This document shows, one piece after another, positions 20,101-28,349 of a DNA stretch of 64,000 nt. Position numbers and translations under genes: made by a program. The stretch is from Escherichia coli (GTDB lineage: Bacteria; Pseudomonadota; Gammaproteobacteria; Enterobacterales; Enterobacteriaceae). Position 1 is the stretch's first letter. Each line of letters starts with the position of its first letter. The notes under the pieces were generated by a model that was given only the letters and a program-made list of their open reading frames with translations, was not told the origin of the DNA and did not search any database. Location of the stretch: NCBI GenBank assembly GCA_032372955.1, contig GCA_032372955.1_4725.1; one strand, given 5' to 3'.

Positions 20101-20808
20101 TTGAATCGCTAAGGAACGATATTTCAGTTCCAGGCTTTTACGCATGTAGCGCGCGGCGAATTCATTGTTGAAACCAACCATCTTGGCGACGCCTTCTTGC
20201 ATCGCACTCATTTGTTTGTTGGTTACAGCGTACCGTTTGTCAGCGATATCGTCACGGATACTCTCTTTCGCTTGCTGCTCAGCAAACTGATCCGCGTTTT
20301 GGTTTGCTGATTCGCCTAATGCCTCGGCAACCTTGCGGGCGATCTCATCGTCCCCCGCGCTCGCCATGCGTTGACGAAGGGTTTCTTCAGCATGTTTACG
20401 TTCGTCTTCTTCCTTGGCTTCTCGCTCCCACTGCTCGAGAATTTTCTTCGAGAAATCGGGCATGCTCGCGCGGTATTTCTTGGTCAGTTGTGCAGCTAAC
20501 CGTTTTGAGCTTTGGACCTTAGGAAGAACGTCACGAACGGCTTCATTGTATAGTTCCTTCGTGGATCCGACGGCGGAATCGATAAGATCCATACCGTCGC
20601 TGTAGCCCTTAGGCAATGCGTTTCTGGCGATCTCCTTCATTCTTTCGTAGGAAGTAAGATCTTCAGCAGCACCTTTAACCGCGCCTATCGCAAAGCGTGT
20701 TATCGGTTTACGATCGTCTTTGGGTTCGTTAAAATCGAGATCCAGGGAGAAGTCATCATCCCAGTTATCCCAATTATCATCACCCTCAACACGGGTTTTA
20801 TCTACCAT
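14143..20808 (-). CDS. giant protein (2221 aa) with C-terminal GH19 chitinase/lysozyme-like domain and Gly/Ala-rich hydrophobic segment
   Basis: First ATG 20808 has GGAGG SD (ORF-track TTG at 20925 is upstream); GH19-like signature (EHESGNY ... LGNTQKGDGAKYLGRGFIQVTG ... YW) encoded about 14790..15270; glycine-zipper hydrophobic run mid-protein; architecture recalls the phiKZ gp181 virion lysin. Confidence 0.8.
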   Translation of the reverse strand: MVDKTRVEGDDNWDNWDDDFSLDLDFNEPKDDRKPITRFAIGAVKGAAEDLTSYERMKEIARNALPKGYSDGMDLIDSAVGSTKELYNEAVRDVLPKVQSSKRLAAQLTKKYRASMPDFSKKILEQWEREAKEEDERKHAEETLRQRMASAGDDEIARKVAEALGESANQNADQFAEQQAKESIRDDIADKRYAVTNKQMSAMQEGVAKMVGFNNEFAARYMRKSLELKYRSLAIQRASFDQHKKLAEVYIGLLQNIQKNTALPDAAKAKMSEEFRRSAYQRFFGNALDAMSSFENRFFADVKKNLATNALGALKGVVSGANDALYGLNEARDSMSMMDGMGSEGDIKEMQGKMLGQFIGSTVAPWMANKGRMALRDLAKRHPNAKFASALKAVDQGGEAAAYTTRNLGKLLQEDIRKNEFNLNDPFYKQLLRGAGRWAFNMDSGRNFRVMNDTAETLAEQTSFDGLTYRSINEVIPGFLARILKSSEGIRTGNSDPDYEVYDGISGQFVAQRTREQSVNDTLFNKRSFGYYASRFNEVISVVDPDKQLSEKARKALAKQLARDSDANIAFDPARFTDESNFDRSIDRDAIKELSTYFRDRYGIRDDVNDKGERHQVIGNRGQYYTERNRADLRYGNLKSLQPDIQRNLNLLKRTGDVQYLERIGIVTRNSDGSYSVNHDRYFSEIDRYIDRPEYAERSDVNTRLTAQETRALALGYRDAKPSVDDVQNAGLPNIDRKAVGTVTVDENIGYDKWWNDTGVITTSLEEQNRAWQELYLEALSEASEQRTEMLALLKAISEKDWSNNVSLDGEDVPEGTAPISFIDRAKQKLGARNLFKGGRNLLWKGIKNTARLGVKGARWGAERTLGSLVNSGRRIINFNRFVFGALSKVDQVPFDIYVKGESQPRILAAKLRQGLYFDEATGKAVKRMKDIKGPLVDADGNIVISNEDIEKGLVTRAGRAFENSGLKAWAREGLNGITTVLSLPRMLKRGAVEIYKQLDKTPDVYVKGESTPRLLSMVLAAGGYFRRSDGQVIKNLEDIDGDVVDAQGNVVLTLADMQKGLVDKYGKAIRRLKEKLINFGVKAFTLPLTLLRKTKDILKALPGKTVNGLRRMGLNFQSPDALLVGTTSSMVDRLDAIYQLLDQRMPGGDKDYRDWNGDGVREGSLEDLKRKRAAKENGKDDTGKDSNKGEEKEKKRGLLGSLFDMLGDTALGKRLMASPLGKILGGLGAVLSGGASLTGLLGKGLISGTGALVKGGLSAAGWLGRGALMAGGAALNAVGGLSGLGAFLISPVGLAIAGGALAAYAGWKIYQHFAEKPDPMQKLRLIAYGAKGDDKDFNKKLLATETYLTDHVVMTGDTIGFDPKADSEKILEIWELSLEDSDRMNEWKRWYLHRFIPVFARAYKLWKEHMPDEKKYMEMDKYPNGENKVKWSEAFIWPSDSPDGPYYVEANPLGSSGATRYIAGQDVKTLMLKQLEAIKKEYQNQIKQYSHDEAIADWSRMSDTQRKSVAPNALRGQKASLRFNDKRYNSAGAKGRQKLDATAVIESVDRRGRKWVAGGYIDELTSLRVRAYGIKVPLLSQIKVLMELEDAVEPGVVAEGKGVKYGGDLVALYKKFATKFGRDVNSKRDQDIWFAWMNNRFLPVFLTYYQHVSDMGGQGLLSDVVQNLKDSQRWEIGEALVATQYRDEKGTLQPVWSWNSCGFSGTEANTTSSSTKSQLDLLKEYADKEKVREKNAEASQEDTDKLSKIQELMMKQAGYEKKDGVWQKKSRITGGMSNAEANYNPNGNRVGASSFTASATSNAGLGSTGDLTGLPNMGLQKPAMGPGPEAGRRALVKSAVKRGITDPMEMAMFLANIEHESGNYTHVREGNYKTPERLKQVFPYKFRDVQDAAQTISMGPEAVFERVYGNRKDLGNTQKGDGAKYLGRGFIQVTGKANYARLSKTLNKDLVSDPTYLETPEGAAEGSVAWWLNRGNVLRDPAKRGDVRQVRYLVNGGFNGLRDVEQRSAYWIQAAKNGTLKKMMDELSGSTSDDQAEGPTTAEQVKNEAAQEANGTPAVSNDPQAPVSSTIPESKPSAAAGTAPAPGEASPTPGSFETAKAAAGQPTSTPAPSDLPSNPGANRGISVPNTPAQVAQSATQTSVASENFYGSAGEILRQQLTTQQNIEKNTGRTNELISELIQAVKGSSIGKGSAGPSQQQTMSLPNRPQGISPTRTRYAQ

Positions 20809-21053
20809 GTATACCTCCAGTTCGATACGTTCCCATGTTACGTTGGAACGTGATGCACGAAGTTTACCTTCGGCATTGATAATGTTGAAGCGTAACTTCA
20901 CACATCGCCCGCTTGATTTTATCAAGCAGGTACGTAACCTAATAACTTCCTCGCCTCAAGCAAGGAAGCGATGGGTGACGCCATCACCCATTACGTCTCT
21001 CGTGTGTTCAGATGATACCGCCGCAGCCGGTGGTGGTAAAGAGGAGTGTCTCC

Positions 21054-22520
21054 ATGGCTAAAGTCAGAGAGCCGTTTAATATTAGCATTTTGCGCCTCGA
21101 TAAACAGCAGTTACGTTTTCTCCCCAAGATCACGAGCATGAGCATCCGTGACCCAAGCACCGGTAATTTCCACGATGATGGTTTCTATTCTTACACCATC
21201 TTTGGTAGTGCGGGTAGTGAAGATCGAGACCGTCGATTTGCGGTGATCGAATGCAAGGTTGAAATCCTACACCCCGTCATTTACGACCGCCTCATTCGAC
21301 TAAAACACCTCTATGGCGATATCATGTCGGGGAAGGCGTACGCTCGGTGGGATCCTGAACAACGCGACTTCGTTGCGTCTGATGCGTTAACAGGACAAAC
21401 AGGATACGGGTTCTTTGCACAACACGTCGCGGATATCAAGTTCGTTTCAACGGGTTCAGCTCAACGAGAGCTACGAATTAAAGTTGTCGAAGAGAACATG
21501 TTCAAAGCGATGACCCGTCACTTACTGGTATTGCCTGCGGGCTTACGCGAAATAGAAGTAAAAGAAGGCGGGTATGAAAGCGAGCAAGAAATCACGGAGT
21601 TGTATCGTCGTTTCCTTGCAATTTCTAACACCGTCCCTGATGGATTAAAAGATTATTCTGATCCCGTTTACGACGGTCAACGTTGGAGCTTACAGAGAAC
21701 ATTTAACGATATCTACGCTTTGTTGTTGGATATGTTCCAAGGTAAGAAAGGGATCTTCCAAGGTAAGTTCGGTTCACGTCGCGTTTGGAACTCAACCCGT
21801 AACGTTATTTCGGCAATTAACCCCACAACAGAGGTACTAGGGTCGCCCAACCAGCCTTCCTGTACCGCAGTTCAGTTAGGGTTATACCAGATGAGCAAAG
21901 CCGCCCTACCCGTGACGCAACATGCGTTACGTACGGGGATTTTGCAGGAAATATTTGTCCGTGATGTTACAGAAGTTGAACTTATCGATACCGAAACGAT
22001 GGAACGTGAACGTGTCACGCTTGATCCAGACACCATCGATGACTTTACAACATGGGACGGAATAGAACGTTTATTGAACACCTTAAGCGATCCTGGTGTA
22101 CGTAACGAACCCATCATGGTTAATGGGCGTTATCTTTGTCTCGTCTATGTGAACAATGATTCGTTTCGGTTATTCCGTGGTATGAGTGAATTACCCCCGG
22201 AGATGCTGAATAAGCCTGGTGCGGATGTTCACCCCATCACGTACACCGAGCTTATCTATATTGCCGGATATAAGTACTGGAATAACCTGGCTGCGATGGT
22301 AACACGTTATCCGGTATCGGGTATGCAATCCGTTATCCCGTTAACCTGTTACGCGCGTACAACCGTTGCAGCAAAACCGAAAACCGAACTGGATAGTAAC
22401 TGGGAACCAATAACGGATGAACGATTTATCGCATGGGAATACCCCGACTGGTTACCTAATGCCTCGTTCGTAGAAACTACTATTGTTCCTGCGCCATACC
22501 TCGCCGGTTTAGGCGGTGAT
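21054..22520 (+). CDS. multisubunit RNA polymerase beta-prime N-terminal fragment, exon 1
   Basis: ELYRRFLAISN and GKKGIFQGKFGSRRVWNSTRNVISAINP match conserved beta-prime regions; ATG 21054 with GAGGAG SD; proposed 5' splice site after T22520; ORF continues 31 codons into the intron to a stop at 22616. Confidence 0.7.
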
Positions 22521-23002
22521 AAGTCCTTGAAAAATAAAGACTTTTTTCAATGGAAGTTGTCCGGTATTCCCGAAAGGGAGTGCTTGAAAAACCTACGAAT
22601 TGCTGGGAACCCCTAAAGCTCAACGACCCATGAGGTGCCGAAAGGCAGAAACAACAGTTGAGATGCACTACCTCCCACGGAGGCTTAGGCTGAAAGAAAA
22701 GCCGCGTAAGCGGTGCTAAGGTGCGCGATAATGGGCAATCAGCAGCCTGGTTGTTGCGTAGTAATACGGCATTCTTGAAAACAAGAATGTGAAACAACGC
22801 AGGTTCAACGACTAAGGGATTTACCACCCTGTAGAGGACAAGCGTCTTCGAAGTGTAGGTTACCGTAACAGGTGTTGCTGAAGTATTCTTCAGCGAAGCT
22901 GACGGTTTGATATAGTCTCCTCTTGCATGAAAGTGCAAGCAGCCTGTGATGTACGTATCCATGCAGGCGGTCTCAGCGTAGCGACCTGAGGCGAAGACAA
23001 GG
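22521..23002 (+). ncRNA. group I intron 1 (in beta-prime gene), 482 nt, no internal ORF
   Basis: P AATTGCTGGGAA 22598-22609; Q CAATCAGCAGCC 22736-22747; R GTTCAACGACTAAGGG 22803-22818; S GATATAGTC 22909-22917 (GACTA/TAGTC forms P7); GNRA hairpins; exon ends in U, intron ends in G; boundaries inferred, about +/-10 nt. Confidence 0.7.
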
Positions 23003-23182
23003 TTCGACGGTGATACGGTCTCGGTTAACGTTCTTTATTCCATGGAAGCCATTGACGAAATTACCAACTCGCACAAGAAGCGAGCTTTCTGGGTAAGTGG
23101 TAAAAATAAATTCAACATCGATATTGGTTACGATACGGTTGCGTTTCTATTACGCAACTTAACGGGACCTCGTGGAGCCTAA
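23003..23182 (+). CDS. RNA polymerase beta-prime fragment, exon 2 (carries FDGD of catalytic motif)
   Basis: Open frame FDGDTVSVNVLYSMEAIDEI... ending TAA 23180-23182; joined to exon 1 gives ...LGGD|FDGDTVSV, i.e. a DFDGD motif. Confidence 0.55.
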   Translation, partial: FDGDTVSVNVLYSMEAIDEITNSHKKRAFWVSGKNKFNIDIGYDTVAFLLRNLTGPRGA

Positions 23183-23185
23183 CCC

Positions 23186-26100
23186 ATGGCAAAACTTAAA
23201 TACCTTGATTACTACCGACAGTTTGGTGTCAGACGCTACCAAGAGCTACTATCACCAAGATTACGTTTAGTGCAGCTACTGCAGCTGCCGCGTTATGCTG
23301 TCTATCATTACACCGCAACGGATCCTTCATTGATAGGTCCTCCAGAAAACGAATACATGCTGAGCAAAGAAAGTGCTCAACTATGGATTTCGTTTGCTGA
23401 TGATCTCGCAACCAAACAGGGTGCACCCCGACGTGATCAACGATTCCAACTCCCACGAGCGAAATTGGATTATCGTGCATCACATCGTCGTTTTCGTTTG
23501 GTTACCGATCTAAGCGCGGTGGAGAAAAACATCAACGCTCAGATCGTTGCTAACTACGCGCATCTTAACCACATGTACATTTATCGTCCAACGCTCACCC
23601 GTTGGTATGATGAATGGTTCAACGTACGTAAAACAATTTGGTCGAAAGCCAACGAAATCGCACAGCAAAGCGATCGTCAACACTTTTTGTTGTTCCGTAT
23701 ACCGTCAAAATTGCCGAAGATTTCGTTGATGCGTACCACGCAACAGGCACCGACCCGTAACAACCTCATGAATTTCGCCACGCCGGAGGAGCTGTCGTTC
23801 TTTGACTTCTTCCGCTGGTTGGGCGTCGATCGTGAGAACAGCACGATGGCTTCGTTAGACAGGGCCATGCTGGATAAGCTTAACGTCGTATTTACAGACG
23901 GTGTGTACTTCTTTACGCTGAATCTCGGCCTGCTGGAGGAATGGCGTACCGGACTTGTGAAGGAAGGGGAAGAACTCGATAAAACGACGCTTGAAACCTT
24001 CCAACGACGTTGGATGATGGCGGTAACACGTCTGTGGTCGCAGAGTGCGAATGAAGAAGAACAGAAACAAGAAGAGGAACAGGTTCTTCGTCAAGAGCGA
24101 GATATTCTTGCAGCCAGCCCGGATGCGGAGTACGATGATCGTGACGTCGTGCTTCCTAACGGTGAGGATCTGGCTACCGTTCTCGATCCCGATGAGTTAG
24201 AAGCGGAGTTGGTCGGTGGGTCGGATGAAGACGATGATGCTGATGCATGGAACGCCATCGTAGAACGCTCGTTCGAAGATGTCCGTGAAGTACCTGGGGT
24301 AGAAGTACAACCGGATTTCCAACCTGATGAAGATCAGGACATTACCGACGATCTCTTCGAAGTCGTTACCGACGATACCGAAGAAGAAAAGGTTGATGTC
24401 TTTGACGCGGCAACGTTACCAAAAACGCATGGCGAATATATTCAGTCGCTATCGGATGCGGTGTTGGTACGCGCGAGTGATCTGGCGGATGCGGGTCAGT
24501 TAAGCGGTGTCCAGTATAAAGCAGCGATGCGTAACGCCGACGCCATTCACGAAATCGAAGCACCCGACGGTTCTGGATTAACACTTGCTGAGTATGTCGA
24601 AGTTAAACCAAAAGCCGCAAAATTAGCTCCCGCAAAGGTTATGCCGGAAGCGGATGTTATCGTCGACAAGAGCTTATGTAAATCGACGCTCGCGGTGTGG
24701 GATAAACATTACGTCGAACACGTAATGCAAAAGGACATCGCAGCTGCCGTTGTTGCGGTACAGCAGGCGGGTTACCCTGTTACGGGATATAAAGTTGAAG
24801 ATGTTGTTGACGTGATGGGGGACTATCAAGTCATCACGATTAAACTGGCCCCTGTAGGCGGTGTCCCGACCACGTTCCCGGTGATGTTGCCGAAGGTTCG
24901 TAAGGACGGCATTTATGTCGTTAACGGTATCAAGTACCGGATGCGTAAACAACGCGTCGATAAACCTATTAGAAAGGTATCGTCATCTGAAGTCGCATTG
25001 AGTACCGCCTACGGTAAGGTGTTTGTTAAACGTTCAGAGCGCGTCGTTAATAACGCCGGTCGTTGGTTAACACGCCAACTTACGGCGATGTATTACGATA
25101 AGTCCTCGCCCTTAACAACGTTAAAACGCGGTAACGTCTTTGATCCGGCTGTCAAAGTTCCGTATTACTTCGCTGTGCTTGCACGCAACTATACCCAAAT
25201 CCAATTTGCTGATTGGGATATACGTCTCGATATAAAAACATTGCCGGAGTTCATCGGGGAAGATCGGTTCAACGAACAGTTAGCCGAAGGACTCCTGACG
25301 TTCGCGCGTAACACGTTGGGTGAATTCTTAGCAATCGATAAACGCAATCAGCTCTATATCTGTCAGTCGGGACAAACACCAACACCTGTAGGGACGTTCC
25401 CTGATTTCTTCGGCATTAATGCGGCTAAGATGCCGATCGAAGCCGCCGATCTTGAATTCATGGGTGTACGTATTCCGGTCGGTGTTGTTCTAAGTTATCT
25501 GGGTGGGCTTACCCCGTTATTAGAACATCTTAAAGCGAACTATCGTACGGTACCTCGCGGCTCTCGTATGGGGTTAGCACCCGATGAATTCGCAGTGAGC
25601 TTTGACGACGAAAGTCTGATCTTCAGTAAAGACGATCGCATGACGACGTTGTTGCTGGGTGGGTTTAACGAATACCGTAACTACATTGGTTACGCTCGCG
25701 GTGCTTTCGACAATCGAGATATCTATTTTAACGTTGTTGATGGTGCTGGACTTAAGGTTCGCCATTTGCGCGAACTTGAACTCATGGAGCGTCTTTTCAT
25801 CGATCCGGTAAGCCGTACGTTGTTGCAGAACATGGGAGAACCTACCGATTTCGCCATGTTGTTACTGCGTGCTGTTGAACTGCTTCTGGATGATTGGGCA
25901 CCTAACACGAACGATGTGAACTACCAACGTTTTAAAACGTACGATAAGTTCGCTGAATTGGTGTATAAGGACCTGGTTGGCGCTATTCGTCAGAATGAGA
26001 ACAGCAGTCAAGGGAACCGCCAGAAAATCTCAATCAGTCCGGTAAGCGTCTGGAACCAAATTCTCGACGATAGCGCTTCCATCGTGATCGATGAAACCAA

Positions 26101-26392
26101 CCCGATGCTGGATATCAAGCAGGGTGAAGAAGCAACGATGACCGGTATCGGGGGTCGTTCAAAGACATCGCTTCGACGCGCACGTGATCGCGAATACGAC
26201 AAGTCGGACATTGGTGTTGTATCCGAAGGTACGAAGGATAGTGGGGACGTAGGTATTTCTGCTTACCTCGCACCTAACGCAAACATTGTGTCTGTATACG
26301 GTGAAACGAAACCTTACGACGAGAAAACGGATGGTAGCTCGTCAATAATGAGTACATCAGCACTTGCAGTACCTGCTGCTGATAGAGATGAT
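23186..26392 (+). CDS. multisubunit RNA polymerase beta fragment, exon 1
   Basis: ATG with GGAG SD; C-terminal part has beta-like TGIGGRSKTSLRRARDREYD ... VVSEGTKDSGDVGISAYLAPNANI; about 500 aa N-terminal extension; in-frame TAA at 26393 is proposed to be intronic. Confidence 0.75.
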
Positions 26393-26874
26393 TAACGCTT
26401 TTAATAGCAGGGTCCGTCTATGTGGCGACATGTAGATGAGATTCACTGAATTGCGAAGACATCCGTCGCTGTTATCGACCAAAACGGATTCTGAAAAGAA
26501 AGACGGTACGGTATAAAAACAGATAATAGCTTAAGGACAATCCGCAGCCAAGTACCTAAGGATCGCTGTGAAGCGTTCTAAGGTAAAGGTTCAACGACTA
26601 AGGGATTCATCCCCCTGTACCCCTCGAGTGAGGCATTCTCCTTGGATAAGAGAATGGTGCTGGATGCGCTGGGAAGAAGTGAACTCTCGTTGAGGTGCTG
26701 AAGAAGCACCGTTTGAAACGAGATGTGATATAGTCTGCTCTTGCGTGAGAGCGCAAGCGGGAGGTGGTGCGCCTATCATCGCCTCCGGGATAAGACTAAC
26801 GACCTTATCTGAACAATCTAATCTCAGTCTTATTTCGGTAACGGTATGTTAATACTGAATAAGAACTAAATTCG
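26393..26874 (+). ncRNA. group I intron 2 (in beta gene), 482 nt, no internal ORF
   Basis: P GAATTGCGAAGA 26448-26459; Q CAATCCGCAGCC 26538-26549; R GTTCAACGACTAAGGG 26589-26604; S GATATAGTC 26727-26735; 3' hairpin TAAGACTAACGACCTTATCTGAAC; 5' splice site uncertain within 26365-26393. Confidence 0.65.
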
Positions 26875-28014
26875 CCCAAGAGATTGGTATTTATAGGTAT
26901 CCAACACAACCGCATGATTGCTGCTGAAGGTTACGATGTACAGCCGTGGCGTACGGGTGGTGAGACTGTTATCGCGCATCGTGTTGGTAAGCTCTTCGCA
27001 GCAGCTGCCCAAGGCGATGGTGTTGTGAAGAAGGTCACTAAAACTGCGCTGACGATACAGTACGACGACCCAGAGTTAGGGGAAGAGGTTTTCCAGCTCG
27101 GTACGATAATCGGGAAAGGACCAGGTAAGTATTATCCTCACGATCTCATTACCGATTATAAAGTCGGGGATCGCGTTAAGGATCAGGATGTGGTGGTTTT
27201 CCACCGCCTTTATTTTAAACGCGATTGGTGGAACCCAGGTCAGGTTGTTTGGCGCGCAGGTGTTCTGTCTCTTGTCGGTATTCTGGATATTCCAGAGACC
27301 CACGAGGACAGCTCGTATATCTTCGACAATCTTGCTGATCGTCTCGTAACACCATCGATTAAGAGTCGTACGCTTATCGTTGACGCTCATCTCAACATTC
27401 GTGGTCTCGTGAAAATCGGTGATCATGTTGAACCGCGAACGATTCTTGCAACACTGGAAGAACCGATTGCAACCGATCTGAGTGATGAGAGTCAGGAAGC
27501 CGTTGAAGCATTACGTCGTATGAGTCAGTATAACCCACGTGCTGATGTTCATGGTGAAGTTGTACAGATCGATGTACTGTACCGCGCTCAGATTGAAGAC
27601 ATGAGTGAAACCATGGCAGCGCTCGTCGGTGAGGCAGATAAAGCACGAGCTAAACGCGTCAAGGAACTGAAACTCAACGAAGCAACAACGGGGCGTATCA
27701 ATAACAGTAACGTGAGAATAGACGGTAATCCGTTAGGCGAGAACCAGATCGCCATCCGTATTTTCATGCGTTACGACCTTGGTGCGGGGATGGGTGATAA
27801 AGGTACCTTCGCAGCTCAAGCGAAATCCGTTGTCTCTTCCGTGGGTCATGGTGTGAACAAAACCGAAGACGGGCACACCCTTGATGCTATCTTCAGTGGC
27901 ACCAGTATCGCTAACCGTATCATCGGTTCACCGGAAGTGGTTGGGACTGTGAATCTTGGTCTCCTCTACGCAACGGAACGAGCTGTTGATATTTACTTTA
28001 ACGACGCTAAATAA
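26875..28014 (+). CDS. RNA polymerase beta fragment, exon 2
   Basis: Begins PKRLVFIGIQHNRM (fork-loop-like) and contains GDKGTFAAQAKSVV ... EDGHTLDAIFSGTSIANRIIGSPE (beta GDK...GNKG / SRMN-like region); only a TTG with no usable SD in this frame, so independent translation is unlikely. Confidence 0.7.
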   Translation, partial: PKRLVFIGIQHNRMIAAEGYDVQPWRTGGETVIAHRVGKLFAAAAQGDGVVKKVTKTALTIQYDDPELGEEVFQLGTIIGKGPGKYYPHDLITDYKVGDRVKDQDVVVFHRLYFKRDWWNPGQVVWRAGVLSLVGILDIPETHEDSSYIFDNLADRLVTPSIKSRTLIVDAHLNIRGLVKIGDHVEPRTILATLEEPIATDLSDESQEAVEALRRMSQYNPRADVHGEVVQIDVLYRAQIEDMSETMAALVGEADKARAKRVKELKLNEATTGRINNSNVRIDGNPLGENQIAIRIFMRYDLGAGMGDKGTFAAQAKSVVSSVGHGVNKTEDGHTLDAIFSGTSIANRIIGSPEVVGTVNLGLLYATERAVDIYFNDAK

Positions 28015-28050
28015 GAGCAGGGGGCGTCATGCCCCTGCTCATTTATTTCG
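28015..28050 (+). terminator. rho-independent terminator after RNAP beta
   Basis: gagcaggggg-cgtcat-gcccctgctc hairpin (about 10 bp stem with one bulge) followed by atttatttcg. Confidence 0.6.
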
Positions 28051-28115
28051 CTGAACGCAATACCTTCTTGACATGCGTCAAGAATGCGATGCTTTGACAT
28101 TAAAAGGAAAAGTGA

Positions 28116-28349
28116 ATGAACCAAGAACAACTTAACACGGCTCGGGCAGCGAGCTTTGTTGCGCTGACGAACGCGGTAACGTTGGTTGCTGAGGTCGTAC
28201 GTCAAACCGTTGGTAATGATGCCGCCGATCCTGACGTGAACAAAAAGGTTATGCCGTTGGGATTGGAAGATGCGGTTGCTGCGCGCTTAAACAGCCGTCT
28301 GGAAACCAAAGAACCCGTAGGTAGTAATGCGTTGGAGGGAGCGCAGTAA
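28116..28349 (+). CDS. hypothetical small protein
   Basis: ATG with AAGGAAAAG SD; 77 aa. Confidence 0.55.
   Translation: MNQEQLNTARAASFVALTNAVTLVAEVVRQTVGNDAADPDVNKKVMPLGLEDAVAARLNSRLETKEPVGSNALEGAQ

Noticed and set aside
22521-22616. C-terminal 31 residues of the annotated beta-prime ORF (KSLKNKDFFQ...RIAGNP)
   Set aside because: Interpreted as intron read-through; this stretch contains the intron P1 and P2 region and part of the P element.
22480-22962. Minus-strand ORF of 160 aa
   Set aside because: Antisense to, and largely inside, group I intron 1; reads through conserved intron core elements and has no RBS.
28068-28100. Two TTGACA hexamers resembling sigma-70 -35 boxes
   Set aside because: No acceptable -10 hexamer at 16 to 18 bp spacing; the first TTGACA is half of a palindrome (TTGACATGCGTCAA) and is more likely a binding site.
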